From Octopus sinensis (taxonomy: Eukaryota), in NCBI RefSeq assembly GCF_006345805.1, contig NC_042998.1, positions 167,338,001 through 167,402,000 on the forward strand: a stretch of DNA of 64,000 nt, given 5' to 3'. Below the pieces are notes generated by a model that saw nothing but the letters and a program-made list of their open reading frames with translations, made no database searches and was not told the DNA's origin. Numbering within the stretch: position 1 is the stretch's first letter; each line of letters begins with the position of its first letter. Both the position numbers and the translations under genes were made by a program. Positions 1-14,039 of this stretch are shown piece after piece.

Positions 1-77
1 GATATATATGGAAAGAGATTTTATGATTATATCCTTATCTTATAAGTATATATATATATTTATATATTCTTATAGTC

Positions 78-262
78 TTTTATTTGTTTCAGTCGTTTGA
101 CTGCGGCCGTGCTGGGGCACCGCCTTTAAGTCGAAGAAATTGACCTTGGGACTTATTCTTTGTAAGCCTGGTTCTTATTCTATCGGTTTTCTTTTGTCGA
201 GCCGCTAAGTTACGGGGACGTAACTACACCAACATCGGTGAGAGGACAAAAACAGACAGAAA
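78..262 (-). mobile_element. SINE family A, 3' half
   Basis: Matches the recurring motif gtttcagtc..tgactgcggcc.tgctgg.gcaccgcc...gctaagttacggggacgtaa seen at 855, 17452 and elsewhere. Confidence 0.8.
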
Positions 263-443
263 GATACACACTTAAATATATGCATGTATGTATATATATA
301 TATATATTATATATATATATATAGTTGAAGAATATCGTTATACGTATAAATATACCATAAACAATTATAGAAAAATGGAGGAGAAAATGTTGTTGAATCA
401 AAATTAGATTTAATACAAAATAAGATTCAATAAAAATATTCTC

Positions 444-506
<63 letters not shown>

Positions 507-854
507 TGCATGTGTGTGTGGGTGTGTCCAATAGTAAAGACACATCTATTAAATAATATGATACATATTCTTGTTTCTTTATTACGGTATTGCATGTACA
601 TTTGTCTTTTTGTTTTTGTTTGGGTGAATGTGTATATATTATGCGTATTTTACTTTTGTACGTGTGTTTAAATTTGTGTATGTGTAAAATTTCGTATATT
701 ATGTGTGTGTATATGCTTATGTATATGTATATGTGTGCGTGTGTATGCATATTCCTGTATGCATGTTGTGTATGTTTAAATGTATGTATATATATATTAT
801 ATATATATATATTATATAATAATATATATATATCTATATATATATATATTGCCT

Positions 855-1079
855 TTATCTTTTACTTGTTTCAGTCATTAGACTGTGGCCACCCTGGGGC
901 ACCGCTTTGAATTTTTTGTTGAATGAATCGACCCCACCACTTATTTTTAAGCCTGGCATTTATTCTATCGGTCACTTTTGCCGAACCGATAATTACAGGG
1001 GAGTTAAACACACCAACTTGGTTGTCCAGCGGTGGTTGGGGGACAAGCTCACCACACACACAACCACACACACACACAT

Positions 1080-1123
<44 letters not shown>

Positions 1124-1435
1124 TATATATATATAATACGACAGGCTTCTTTCCGTTTCCGTCTACTAAATCCATTCACAATGCTTTGGTCGGCCAGAAC
1201 CTAGAGCAGAAGACACTTATTCAAGGATTCACACGGTTGGGACTGAGCCCGATGGTGGTGGACAAACGCAGATACAAAGGCACACTCACACACACACACA
1301 CAGCAGGCTTCTTTCATTTTCTGTCTACCAGATCCACTCACAAGGCTTTGGACGGCCCGATGCTATAGTAGGAGACAGTTGCCCAAGATGCCATGCAGTG
1401 GTTGAGAAGCAAGCTACTTACCACACAGCCACGCT
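855..1435 (-). mobile_element. SINE family A (tRNA-derived head, internal CA/TA microsatellite), partly duplicated internally
   Basis: Minus-strand head gcgtggctgtgtggtaag (A-box-like) at about 1434; body homologous to 17452-17856. Confidence 0.85.
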
Positions 1436-1989
1436 GGCCGATGTGAAACATCAGGTACCTAGAATGTCAATGTTTATTTTCAGCGAAAATAATAGAAAAC
1501 AGAAATTTTGGACTTACCAAATGTTAATGTTAAGTCTTTCATAGGCTTTCATGTTTAGTAACAGCTACCGGTTTCCTTGTGTTATAGTAGTTATTTATAG
1601 TGGTTATTGTTTTGCCGCCCTGATTTCGAAGTTTTTTGTTACCTTTTTATCCGGTTGTAATTATGATACCGCAGCCTCTGTGGCATCCATTGGTAAGGAT
1701 AACCGTGTGTCATGTCACTGACATAATTGAATTTGTGTTATTCTGGTTCTCCTCTTTTTATTCTATATTCCTTTTTCTTTCTTTTTTTTCACTAGTATAC
1801 ACATATTCTTTATATTTTGTAGATGTAGACAAGCATCATTTACGGCCAGGAAATTCCGTCCGTATAGCAACCAGGAAATCGTGTCGCTTTGCTAAATAAA
1901 CAAACAAGTCAGGTGAATCGAATATCTGCCATAAGAGATATTCGTGTCAGCTGCGGCAAATTCTGTATGTCAGAATCTTTACCTAAACT

Positions 1990-2200
1990 ATCTTTTATCT
2001 TCTATTTTTTATCTTTTATCTTTTACCAGTTTAAGTCATTAGACTGCGGCCATGCTGGAGCACCGCCTTGAGGAATGAATTTTAGTCCAAGTAATCGACC
2101 CCAGTACCTATTTTCTTTTTATGCCTGGTACTTCTATCGATTACTTTCGCCGAACCGCTAAGTTACGGTGACGCAAACACAACAACGCCGATAATCAAGA
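1990..2200 (-). mobile_element. SINE family A, 3' half
   Basis: gactgcggccatgctggagcaccgcc...gaaccgctaagttacgg motif. Confidence 0.8.
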
Positions 2201-2354
2201 AGAGTTCGGTGACGCTAGGTGGAGATAGAAGTACGCTTTCATAACTTGTTGCCCGACGGGAGACTCATAAGACTGTGGCAGAGATTTTTCATGGCGTCAG
2301 CTGCAGTTTTCATCTTAATCATTTAACATTAAAAATAAGGAATATACATATAAT

Positions 2355-2543
2355 CCTTTCAACGAGGCACAAGACCTGAAATTACAGGGGAGTGGGCTAG
2401 TCGATTACATCGACCCAGTATTTCACTGGCACTTAATTTATCGACCCCGAAAGGTTGAAAGGTAAAGTCGACCTCGGCGGAATTTGAACTCAGAACGTAG
2501 CATTTCGCCCAGCGTGCTAACGATTCTACCAGCTCGCCGCCTC
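2355..2543 (-). mobile_element. SINE family B with about 17-bp target-site duplication
   Basis: Minus-strand ggcggcgagctgg.agaatcgttagcacg...gagttcaaattccgccgaggtcgac; flanked by aggaatatacatataat (2338) and aggaataaatatataat (2544). Confidence 0.85.
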
Positions 2544-3064
2544 AGGAATAAATATATAATGCCACGAAACTCTATTCTTGAATCTATACATGTCGTGTAT
2601 TATCAATAAATGACTGACCATCTCTTTAGTGGCTTTCTTCAGTTGTTTAGGAACTATGGTATACGATTATGAGTGAAATTATTTTTAGCATGAGACTATT
2701 TTCATACATAGATAAAGTATAAATATATGTGAGTGAGAAAGATAAAACGTTAAATGTATTTGATAACAATTTATTTTAACATATAGAGAATACGGCAAAG
2801 TGTCAGTGGAATTATGTGCTTAGTAGAGGATGTAAGAGAATTTTACTCAGCAGGCTCTCTAATTCTGTTGAGTGCATATTTTTCCACACTTCAATGATCA
2901 TAGTTAGAAATGATTAGAGCAATTCAAACACAGACACACAAACACACAAACACATATATAGTCCTTATAGACACAGACTATTTGTTCTTTAATGACAAAC
3001 TGACCAAATGACCGTAACGGGTTCCTGCCTCCCAGAGGTAAACAGTTAGATTTGTCTTCGGCTT

Positions 3065-3128
3065 TAGAGTCTGACAAGACATCCACGAGGTTAAAGCCTT
3101 TGTGGATGCAAAACCATTGGTCACTCTA
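3065..3128 (+). ncRNA. Decayed type I hammerhead ribozyme (two core mutations)
   Basis: tagagt-CTGACaA-gacatccacgagg..cctttgtggatgc-aAAA-ccattgg-TC-actcta; stems I, II and III all pair, but G8 and G12 are A. Confidence 0.7.
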
Positions 3129-3170
3129 TAATCGGACATACTTTTAATATATATATGTGTCTGTGTGTGA

Positions 3171-3251
<81 letters not shown>

Positions 3252-3458
3252 TGGATATATAGTGCATAAGAATTAGTATAGAAACGGCTATGTGCAGTGC
3301 TATTTTTTACACTGCATCATCAAATGTGTATACAGTTTCTTTGTTTCATTTATGTATATTTTTTTTCTTTTTGTGCTTCTTTTCGTTTGTTATTGTTCTT
3401 ACGTATATGTTTACAATGTGTGAAATTGTGAACGTGTATATATATAATATATCATATG

Positions 3459-3492
<34 letters not shown>

Positions 3493-3765
3493 CTATATAT
3501 ATATAATATATATATATATATATTATATATATAATATATATATACATATATATATATATATATTATTATATATATATATATATATATACACACACATACA
3601 TATTACACACGGACATCGTGTATACAGATGTTTATTAAGTATATATATATATATATAAAAAAATGAGGTTACGTTAACCTACATACCTAGTTTTTATATT
3701 CAGATTTATTAGGCAAACGAGCACAAATAACTACTGTGTTCTCACGGGGAGTCATTTTGTTATAT

Positions 3766-3843
<78 letters not shown>

Positions 3844-4621
3844 AATATACATATATACATATATACATATATATATATATATATGTGTGTATATATATAT
3901 ACATATATACATATATATACATATATATACATATACATATATATGTATATATATTATATATATACATATATACACATACAAACATATATACATATGCATA
4001 TACATACACACAAACACACACAACACACACACACATATATACGTATATATATATACATATATATATATTATATATATAATATATATATATATTATATATA
4101 ATATATATATATATATACACATATATATATATATACATATATATATACACATATTCATATATATATTTTAATGTATACATACACACATATATACATGCAT
4201 ACATACATACATACATGCATATATATATATATAGGTCCTGATAGTGTAGAAAGTCGGTGTATTTCCAAGGCACACCACAATACAAACAAGCACAACACAC
4301 GCGCGTGCGCACTGGAGGTGGGGGATGGATACTCGAGGAAGTATGTATGTATGTATGTATGTGATTATAAAACAGAGAGACAGAAAGTGAATAAAGGAAA
4401 ATGGGGCGAGGGAACAAAAGCAAATCACTGTAAATCCAAACAAGGGAAGCAAAAACACTTAGGTAAATTAATGGAAACCTGTGTACTGTGTTTTGCTTCA
4501 GCTCAAATCTGTCAAGAGACTTCCATATAATAATCATCTCATGTTGTTTCATTTTCTCAAGAGGTGATTTAATATTTTTCTTTTCCATAGTCCGTATTAT
4601 TGTCGTCATTATTATTATTAC

Positions 4622-4653
<32 letters not shown>

Positions 4654-4654
<1 letters not shown>

Positions 4655-5116
4655 TTTTTTTTTCTTCTTTCAAATTTGCTTCCATTTCTTGCCGAGTGTC
4701 TTCCCGACTCCTAGGGCAAAGAAACTCATAGTATACATTGGTAGGCCATTAAACTAAACTCAATAGTTCGTTCATTTTTTTTTTTTTTAAGTTAAATTAA
4801 AATACTTGGGTAGTAATAGTTCTCACATCGACAATGCCCTTCTCAATACGTGTGATGTACCAGTTAAGACAATCTTTTGCACTTCTTGCAGGGATGGTAA
4901 GCCAGGGACCATTCTCATATAATTTTCAGTTCCCTTCTTGATCATTCCTAGTGCTCCTACGATCACTGGTATTGTAACCGCCTTGAGATGCCACATTTTC
5001 TCAATTTCAATGAGTAGGTCTTTATATTTTCTGAGCTTGTCAAACTCTTTCGCTGAGATATTATGATCACAGGGGATGCTCATGTCGATCAATAAGCAAA
5101 CTTTATTGTTTTGGTC

Positions 5117-5117
<1 letters not shown>
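4654..5117 (-). mobile_element. 5'-truncated R4/Dong-type non-LTR retrotransposon (RLE C-terminus plus 3' UTR) inside (TAA)n
   Basis: KVCLLIDMSIP..KEFDKLRKYKDL..IPVIVGALG..LRRALSM* is the D..K..KY restriction-like endonuclease end; (TAA)n on both sides; near-identical copy at 33388. Confidence 0.9.
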
Positions 5118-5201
<84 letters not shown>

Positions 5202-5202
5202 A

Positions 5203-5509
5203 GGCGGCGAGATGGCAGAATCGTTAGCGCGCCGTGCAATATGCTTAGCGGTATTTCGTCCGTTCCCACGTTCTGAATCCAAAGTCTGACGAGGTCGGCT
5301 TTGCCTTTAATCCTTTCGTTAGCACGCCGGGCAAAAATGCTTAGCAGTATTTCACTCGTCCCTACGTTCTGAGTTCAAATTCCGCCGAGGTTGACTTTGC
5401 TTTTCATCCTTTCGGGGTCGATTAAATAAGTACCAGGTACGCACTGGTTTCGATGTAAACGACTTAATCCCTTCCCCCAAATAGGAGACCTTGTGCTTCC
5501 ATTATTATG

Positions 5510-5574
<65 letters not shown>

Positions 5575-5795
5575 CATTATTATTAAGGCGGCGAGCTGGC
5601 AGAATCTTTAGCACGCCGGGCAAATGCTTAGCGACATTTCGTCCGTCTTTACGTTCAGAGTCCAAATTTCGCCCAAGTTGACTTTACCTTACATGCTTTC
5701 GGGTTCGATAAATTAACTACCAGTGATATACTGGGGTCGATGTAATCGAATAGTCCCCGCCCCCCAAAATTTCAGGCCATGTGCCTATTGAAAGG
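5203..5795 (+). mobile_element. Cluster of SINE family B copies separated by (TTA)n
   Basis: Heads ggcggcgag(a/c)tggcagaatc at 5203 and 5587; B-box-like gagttcaaattcc. Confidence 0.85.
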
Positions 5796-6453
5796 ATTAT
5801 TATTATTAGTAGTAGCAGCAGCAATTCTTTTGCTAGTGTTGCCCTCATCATTATCACAATCATCATCTCCATTGTCGTTGATATCATCATCATCATTACG
5901 ATCGTATAATGTTTGGGGTTTTTTTTGCGGGGTGGGGTTCCTGAAAACACACCATGATGAAAAGAAGCAGCGTTAAATACAAAACAAAGAATTATTTTTA
6001 ATAATTTCTTTTGCTTTTGTGCTCGTGTGATATAGTTTCTTTTTGTTTTGTATCATTATTCCTTCGTATATCTTCCTGCTTATTTATTTATTTATTATCC
6101 CCCCCCCCCAGAACTGCCTCAGACTTAAGAGAATGGCTACGTTCTGTGAAATCAATTAAACGAGAAAATGGGAAGTGGAGTGGGGAAACTTCTTCCAAAA
6201 AAATCTTGCAAGGTTAACAAAACAAAAGAAGAAACAAAAAAAAACACCAATACGTATCCATAATATGATACTATTTCTTGCATATATTTGTAGCGTTTTT
6301 GTGGTAGTTTTGTATTTTCTTGCCCTATTTTTTTCTGATTCTTTGTTTTTGTTCACATTCGCTTTATTTTTTTTATTTATTATTAGTTTATTTACTTCTA
6401 TTTAGATTTTCATTTCATTTCTTATTTCTTTTCATTATTTTTCTTCCTTTTAA

Positions 6454-6901
6454 AGGCAGCGAGCTGGTAGAATCGCTAGCACGCCAGGAAAATACTTAGC
6501 GGTATTTCGTCTCTCGCTACGTTCTGAGTTCAAATTCTGTCGAGGTCGACTTTGCCTTTTCATCCTTTCGGGGTCGATTAAAATAAGTACCAATTACGCA
6601 CTGGAGTCGATGTAATCGACTTAATCCTCTCCCTCAAGCTGCTCTTAGAGCAAAAATTTGAAATAATTACTTTTCTTCCCTTATAGAGGCGACGAGCTGG
6701 CAGAATCGTTAGCACGCCGGACAAAATGTCTGGCGGTATTTCGCCTGTCTTTACGATCTTAGTTCAAATGCCACAGAGATCGACTTTTCCTTTCATCTTT
6801 TTGGGGTCGATAACTTATGTACCAGTGAAGCACTGATGTAGATATAATCGACTAACACCACCTTTCCCAGAAATTTAGGCCTTGTGCCTTTAGTAGAAAA
6901 G
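6454..6901 (+). mobile_element. Two tandem SINE family B copies
   Basis: Heads at 6454 and 6688; spacer attattttcttcctt repeated at 6434, 6666 and 6902. Confidence 0.85.
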
Positions 6902-7009
6902 ATTATTTTCTTCCTTTGTTTCATTCTTCCAGTTTGGCTCATTGTATTCTCAGTATATACCACATTATTTCAATCATTTGTGCGTCTACGTAATATAGTT
7001 TCGCATTCA

Positions 7010-9200
7010 TACATGGTGGTTGTCTACTCCTTAAACAGAATTTGACCACCTCCTGTAACTACACCTTAGAACTATCATGGCATTTGATGTGGCTTTTAAC
7101 ACCAGACAATATTCTGAAAAGACAACTACATAGATTGCACATCCGATTTGGACCACCAACAGTTGCAGATAAGTTCTGATTTTTGTGGATCTTAAAATGT
7201 CTTTTGAGGCCTCCATTAGATTTGCAAGCCTTCTGGCATACATTGCATTCAAAGGTGTGCACAGACATATACGCAGAATAGTTGGTGGAGGTTCATTTCC
7301 CATGGGTTCGCAAATGAGATTTGAGCCCAGCAAAAGAAAGGCATGGTGTATCACAAACTGTGAACACAAAAGGTCATTGTCATTCACCTTCTCGATCGTG
7401 ACATTCTTCCTTAGATCTCTTTTGAGTCTTACATGTGTCATCCTGGCCTCTTCAAATACTTTTACTCCACTCCACACTTCTGCTCGCCATCCAGGTCTAT
7501 CCGAAGCAAAGGTTTCTATGCCTTCTGGATCCATTCCAAGTGACTTCATAGTAGTCCTTACGCCGTCTTAAACCTTTTTTGTAGGTTTACGTCGATAGCG
7601 TTTTCCCTCTGCAAGCTCACCATAAAACATCTGTTTCGGCATGCGCTCATCCACCATTCGAACAATATGGCCACACCATCTCATTTACTTCTTCAAAATC
7701 ATAGCTTTAATTGAGGTGATGCCTGCAGATGCAAGGACATCTGTGTTTGGAGTAAAAGAACTTCATTTAATGTTTAAAATGCAAGGAAGGCATTTTTGTT
7801 GGAATTGTTCTAACAATTTAAAATGCCTTTCATAACAAGTCCATATTTCACAAGAATACAACAGGGATGGTAAGACAAATGATTTGTAAAGATCCAGCTT
7901 TGTATTATTATTTATATGTCGCTGGCACCAAACATGTAACTCCAAGCCACCAAATGCTTTTGCTGCCCTTTGAATTCGCAAATGTATTTCTGTATCAAAA
8001 TTTCCATCATTTTGTACAGAGCTTCCAAGGTAGATGAACGAATCGACAACCTCAAGTAACTTACCCTTAACAAGAATTTTAGGGGGATTACAAACAGTAC
8101 CACACACAGGTTGATGTATTACACCTGTTTTCTTCAAGTTGATGGCTAAGTCAAAATCACCACAAGCTGAGTCAGATGCAGATACAAGAGATTGCAGACC
8201 TATTTCAAAATGACTGACAAGATTAAAATTATCAGCGTATAAAAGTTCCCTAATGAGTGAAGTAAAAACCTTCGTTTTGAATTTCAATCTGGTCAGATTA
8301 AAAACATTCCCTGTTGTTCGATATTTTATGTAAATAACCTCCTCAGAATTTTGAAAAGCATGTGACAACACAACAGCAAAGTATATTGCAAAGAGGGTGG
8401 ATGCCTCAAGGTCTCCTTGCTCTACTCCATTTCACACAGCAAAAGATTCAGAGAGCCTACCACCAAAGTTAACTCTAGCTTACATATCTTGATGCAAAGC
8501 CCTGATCATGTTTACAAATTTTTCTGGGCAACCTATTTTCCTTAGACTTAGCCACAGAGCATTTCGATTAACAGTATCGAATGCTTTGCTCAAATCAACA
8601 AAGCACTGGTATAGAGCAAGATTCTGTTCAATGCACTTTCCTTGTAATTATCTGATAGTAAAGATACAATCAGCTGTGCCCCTGGAGGAACGAAAACCAC
8701 ACTGAGACTCAGACACTATATTTGGAAGTATGAAGGTATTTAAACGTTCTAACAAAATGCGGGCAAGTACCTTTCCAACCACAGACAAAAGCGAAATCCC
8801 ACGAACATTATCACACAGATCCTTTGGCCCCGATTTATACAAGGAGACTAAAATGGCATCAATCTAGTCTTGAAGCTCTTTCTCAGTTCTCCAACAGTGA
8901 CAAATTAACATATTTAAGAGTTCAAAATTGTGTTACCCCCATATTTCAAGACTTCTGCACAGATTCCATCAGACCCTGTAAACTTATTGTTATTCAGCTT
9001 ATTCACAGCTAAATAAATATCACTTAGAGTTTGTTTAAATGCTATCTCTTCTCTCACTGGAAGGTGTTCGATTTTTCCTATCGTCCTCATGTCAGCGGAT
9101 GACGGTCTATTCAAAAGTGCAGAAAAATGTTCTACCCAGCGCTTATGAATAGAAGTAGTGTCAGTCAGAAGCAAACGTCCATTTGCTGTTCTCACTGGAA
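7010..9200 (-). mobile_element. 5'-truncated, frameshifted RTE-clade LINE (RT domain plus C-terminal C2H2 zinc fingers)
   Basis: [62 protein letters not shown]; C2H2 motifs CNVC..RHFKIH and CNLC..SHIKCH near the 3' end. Confidence 0.92.
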
Positions 9201-9439
9201 CATGCATACATACATACATACATACATACATACATACATACATACACAAACTTACACAAATAGAAAAACAAATACATGCTCCTTAGAATACACAGCCACA
9301 CATACACACATTTACAGAAACACAGATACACACGTGCATACAGACACATATACACAGATATAACTGTATCAAAGTGTTCGTATAATGAAGAGTAAAAATT
9401 GCAATTTCTGTCAAGTACCAAACAGAAGTAGTCAATATA

Positions 9440-11395
9440 GGTAATATACATAAATCGCAGTATGTGTGTATAATGACTAACGCATACATTTCCACAATTC
9501 TCAACCGATTTTCTGCAAACTTTACACACACATTACTTATGTCCCAAGGATGGTCATGCACTATAACATTTTGCCCAGAATTCCCGCATAAACGGACGTA
9601 AATGGACATAGTTTTTTGTATGTAGGGTCTTCCATACCTTTCTAATTACTTCGACTGTCGATCTGTGCGGTGATCCTGTCAGGAAACAGGATTTGGAAGC
9701 TGTCATTTTGTTTACATATAAATAAATGTTTATGTTAATTTAAAACATTTATCAAAAAAAATCTTGTTTAGCTATTAGTTTTAGCACAACACATGTTATG
9801 TCTCCGTTAATTTTCTTTCATGTAAATAGATGTTTATATTTACCAAATTCGTTGTATGTACATATTTTTTGTATGTAGGGTCTCCCATACTTTTTTAATC
9901 TATATCGTCGCATAATGGCATTAGAGAATAGTTTTGACTGTGATCAGATTGACTAGCAACACTGTTCGCGATGAATATCCAATACCAAACAATCTTAATC
10001 TCCATATATTTAAGCTGCATCAAACTTTGGCAAGCTTACCTTTACCTATTCTGAGTTACATGAAAGGTGATGTTCCATTTCCTCTCATCTATTTGCTAAT
10101 AACTTTGTTTACCTACCAGTGCGTTGTTTCACTTTAAGGATGCTTATTTACCCATCCATTATGACATTTCGACTGTTATCTATAGTTTCAAATATGCTTT
10201 AGCATTGTGACTCTAGACTTTTTAAACAATCACATATTATTCGTCCCAAAGAAACAACTTTTAAATAAGAATTGTGCTACCGCTAGCGAAAGCTAAACGT
10301 ATCTTTCAGAAAGCTCCATACCAATTTCTCTTTATGCGGCATTCGCTGTTACTTTATGCACAGGCTATGTGGCAAGACAGAATAAAGAGGCTTTTGTTAG
10401 CTTATAATAAGAATCGATAATCACTTGGTACTCTAAAATCCATTTTCCTTCTCCAGATAATACAAGCATACCACCTAAAAAGAGAGCACGTATTGACAGA
10501 AAGTTTTCTGCAGCAGCGCTGACAGGTTAAGGAAACTGAGGACCGGAGGTCTTGTAGACTGTTGAAAAGAGCTGCTGCTGCTAGAGCTGCGACTATTCCA
10601 GGGCAGCGTGAAACCTATCGAGTGCCTGCTGCAGACGCAAGGGCTGCAGAAACCCCACAAAAGAGTTCCATCCGTCGGGCACACGAAACTGCATCTACTT
10701 CTGCCACGAGGGCTGAAGAAACCCCAGGAGAGAGTGTTATCCGTCGAACACGCAACGCTGCATCCACTTCTGTCACGCGGTTAGCAGATGACGATAAACC
10801 ATCGGATGATGAGACTTCAGTCTAATGTTCACCGGAAGGCTCTTGCCCATGGCTATTGGAAGCCATCGAGTAGTCGATGGGCATCAAAGTCGCTCAACTA
10901 TGATCTTGTCGAGGATTACGCCACCCATCGAGAGACTGTTGCAGGAGCTATGTCTGTAATATGTCCATATTGTAAGGCTCTTAGGTGGGTTGGAGAATCC
11001 AGTGGCCTATGCTGCTCAAACGGAAAGGTCTTAAGCCTGGCCTGCAAAACACTCCTCAACCTTTCATCTCTTTACTCCTTGTTCAACACCCTGATTTGCA
11101 GCAATTTATACAGAAAATTCGCATTTATAACCCTGCGTTCCAGATGACAAGTTTCGGTAACAAACCCCTTCATGTAGACTCCTATATGCCAACGTTCAAA
11201 ATTCAAGGCCAAACCTATCATCGGATAGGATCTATTCTTCCTGTCAACAACGCTGAACATTGATTCCTTCAAATTTACTTCATGGGAGATACCACTGAGC
11301 AAACGGCTCGCTGAGCTCAGGGGGCACCTGGAACAAAGTGTAAAAAATACCACCAAAGCAACTTAAACCGTCCAAAGGACAGGTGTGTTTGCTAG
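9440..11395 (+). mobile_element. Internally deleted Helitron with Rep/helicase N-terminal remnant
   Basis: Frameshifted ICPYCKALRW.GE..GLCCSNGKV, IRIYNPAFQMTSFG, PTFKIQGQTYHRIGSILP, FLQIYFMG; 3' hairpin ccgtccaaaggacagg then CTAG (11392-95) followed by T; 5' boundary approximate, set by similarity to the 35792 element. Confidence 0.85.
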
Positions 11396-11681
11396 TATCT
11401 ATATATAGTAAAATAAAACATTTATTCCCTTAAAGTATTTAGGGCTGACTTGATTTTCCATAGCAAAATTTCATAACCACCGAATGGATGCTTTGCAATG
11501 GATTTTGTTGTATGTACAACCTTATGATTGCTATAGTAAGACAATCTTTTTTTTTTACATGTCCTGAATATATGAAAGATTTAGTTCGTCATCACTTTTA
11601 TAACCATATACACACATACGTGTGTGTGTGTGTGTGTGTGTGTGTCTGTGTGTGTGTGTGTGTGTGTGTCTGTGTGTGTGT

Positions 11682-11723
<42 letters not shown>

Positions 11724-12394
11724 ATGTCTATACATACTTACTACAAAAATGAAGTATACATACATTAATACATACACACGTATATTTGTGTGTGTGCTTA
11801 TTTGTATGAGAATTAATATATATAGGTATATAAACCAAAACAATAAACAATACAGTGTCTGAAACATCAAGCGGTCGCATCTTGATTCAATATCAGACGA
11901 GAGTTATCCTCCAGAAAATGAATAACTGATAAATTAACTGATAATAAGTTTTAATAGAAGTCGTATATATAAAAAGAAAAACATACCAACAGAACTAACA
12001 ATTTTACTTCAAAAAAGAACAAAAGATCCTCTCATAGAACCCAGCATACCTAACGTCAGCCGTTAATTTTTGACATATATTACTTCGACTAATGTTAATG
12101 TATTCCATTCGCTTTGAAAAGCAACGTGTCTGTTTTCTTTACCCTCTCAGATGAACGCATGAATAAAGTGAACACGGTTAAACATTTGTCTTAAATCCGT
12201 ATGTATTTGAATACATGATGTGCTCCTCCTGATTAATTATTATGGGGGAGACAATCTCTTCTAAATTAAGTTAAGCTCACACAAATTTGAAAATTTGTCA
12301 TGTTTTAATCAAAGAATAAAAGCATATATATTTAATGTTTTGCTTTATTTTTGCCTACACGTTACATAGTTCTTCAAATTTCTAGTAGTTGGTA

Positions 12395-12441
12395 GCCGTG
12401 TATAACGTTATTTCATCCTCCTTTGGAATCGTCAGCACAGC
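12395..12441 (-). ncRNA. Type I hammerhead ribozyme motif
   Basis: Minus strand: gctgtg-CTGACGA-ttccaaaggaggat-GAAA-taacgtta-TA-cacggc; 6-bp stem I, palindromic stem III; first stem II pair is a U-U mismatch. Confidence 0.8.
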
Positions 12442-13166
12442 ATAACTTGAGACAGATAAATTAAGCTTTTACAAATTTAGACATATCTTAGAGAGAGGTG
12501 ATAGTTTATATATATATTTGTATATAAAATTGAGCAAGAAACATGGAAACACGTTCAGAAATCGGTAAGGTACGGAGTTTGAATAACTTCGAAAATTTTT
12601 TACTCCTATCCTATTTCATTTGTTGCTCATGGAAGATGGGGAAAAGGGCTATGTGCTTTGCATCACCTACAGAATCATAGGGCGAATTATAGGTAATATC
12701 AAATGTAATTTACATGAAAGAGAAAATAATTAGATGAAACTATATCTCTAATAATATTCACGATAATACTTCAATTTCACTTGAATTAAATTTAACATTA
12801 TTCCATAAGACAATAAAGAACCTCCTCATCCTTAGAAAGTTCAAATAATGTCGAAATTAAAGACAAAACATGAAATTAAGACATACATACATACATACAT
12901 ACTTACATACCGAAATTGCGAGGATAATCTGGTGCTTGACTGAGAATAGAGGGCTTCGAATGACCCGTCCTTGTTTTCATTGTATCATCTATCTGGATGT
13001 TTTGTTGTTCCTTTTTGTATCACCTAGCTGTCCGGATGTTTTGCGTTCTTATCCCATTTTGTATTTTATATATATATATACATACATGCATGCATGCATG
13101 CATGCATGCATGCATGCATACATACATACATACATACATACATACATACATACATACATACATACA

Positions 13167-13196
<30 letters not shown>

Positions 13197-13197
<1 letters not shown>

Positions 13198-13530
13198 TGC
13201 CTAAATACTAATCTTGAGAAATTAGGCTTCTCAAAACCAGAAAGAGAAAGCTGATTTCAAGCCTTCACTGGAACTGTAAAAATTTGTAAAACCTTCCAGA
13301 AGTTTATCATTTAAGTATATATGAGCATGTCTAGACATGCAACTAGATGCATGAGAATACATATATGAAACTAAACATACAAATCTGCACATATACATAC
13401 ATACAAAACTACCTTATCGTTGCTGAAATTCCAATGAATCTAGGTTAGAAATTCCTTGGAGCTAGGTTAGAAACCGACTCCCTCTCTCTCTCTCTATTGG
13501 CTAGTAATCTTGAAATAACACTGAATAATG
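13197..13530 (+). mobile_element. 3' end of RLE-type LINE embedded in (CATA)n
   Basis: CLNTNLEKLGFSKPER.. and 3' UTR homologous to 24021-24608; (CATA)n on both sides. Confidence 0.75.
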
Positions 13531-13711
13531 ACATACATACATGCCCATTTAACCAGCTACAATGAAATTGAGAATGCAACTTTTTTTTTATATATAGTAG
13601 TCAATATAGTTCCAGTTAGATATACTGAGGTTGATGCAAACAATCGATACATCAAAGTTTAATGTAAGTACATCTACTAGTACTTACAAGTTGTTGCAGG
13701 TATGTCGTTTG

Positions 13712-13975
13712 TGTGGCCTGGTGGTTAGAGGTTTTGGACTCTCGATCGTAAGGTGGCGGTTTCGACACCCATATAGCACGTTGTTTCCTTGAGTAAAGCA
13801 CTTAATTTCATGTTTCTCAAATCGACTCTGCTAAATTGAGGCAGATAACCATTCACAGGTTACCCCCTACTACGGACAGACACCTCTTTTATTAAGGTGG
13901 GGCTAATTGGACTCATACGCCATGTAAACCCAGGTATGCTCCAACTATGAAGCTGTACGTTCATGAAAGACATAA
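13712..13975 (+). mobile_element. tRNA-derived SINE family D, degraded
   Basis: tggcctggtggttag...gatcgtaaggt..ggtttcga...ttgagtaaagcactt; homologous to 63430. Confidence 0.7.
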
Positions 13976-14039
13976 AAAAAAAGTGATAAGGTTTAGAAAT
14001 ACTAAATTTATTTAATCTGGGTTTTCTGTAATTATGATT

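Noticed and set aside
210-4609. Long ORFs rich in YI, HT, CV and MYVC (also throughout the window)
   Set aside because: Translations of (TA)n, (CA)n and (TACA)n microsatellites, not genes
6111-6212. Possible exon after the cccccccag acceptor
   Set aside because: Weak donor (gttaac) and no recognisable protein
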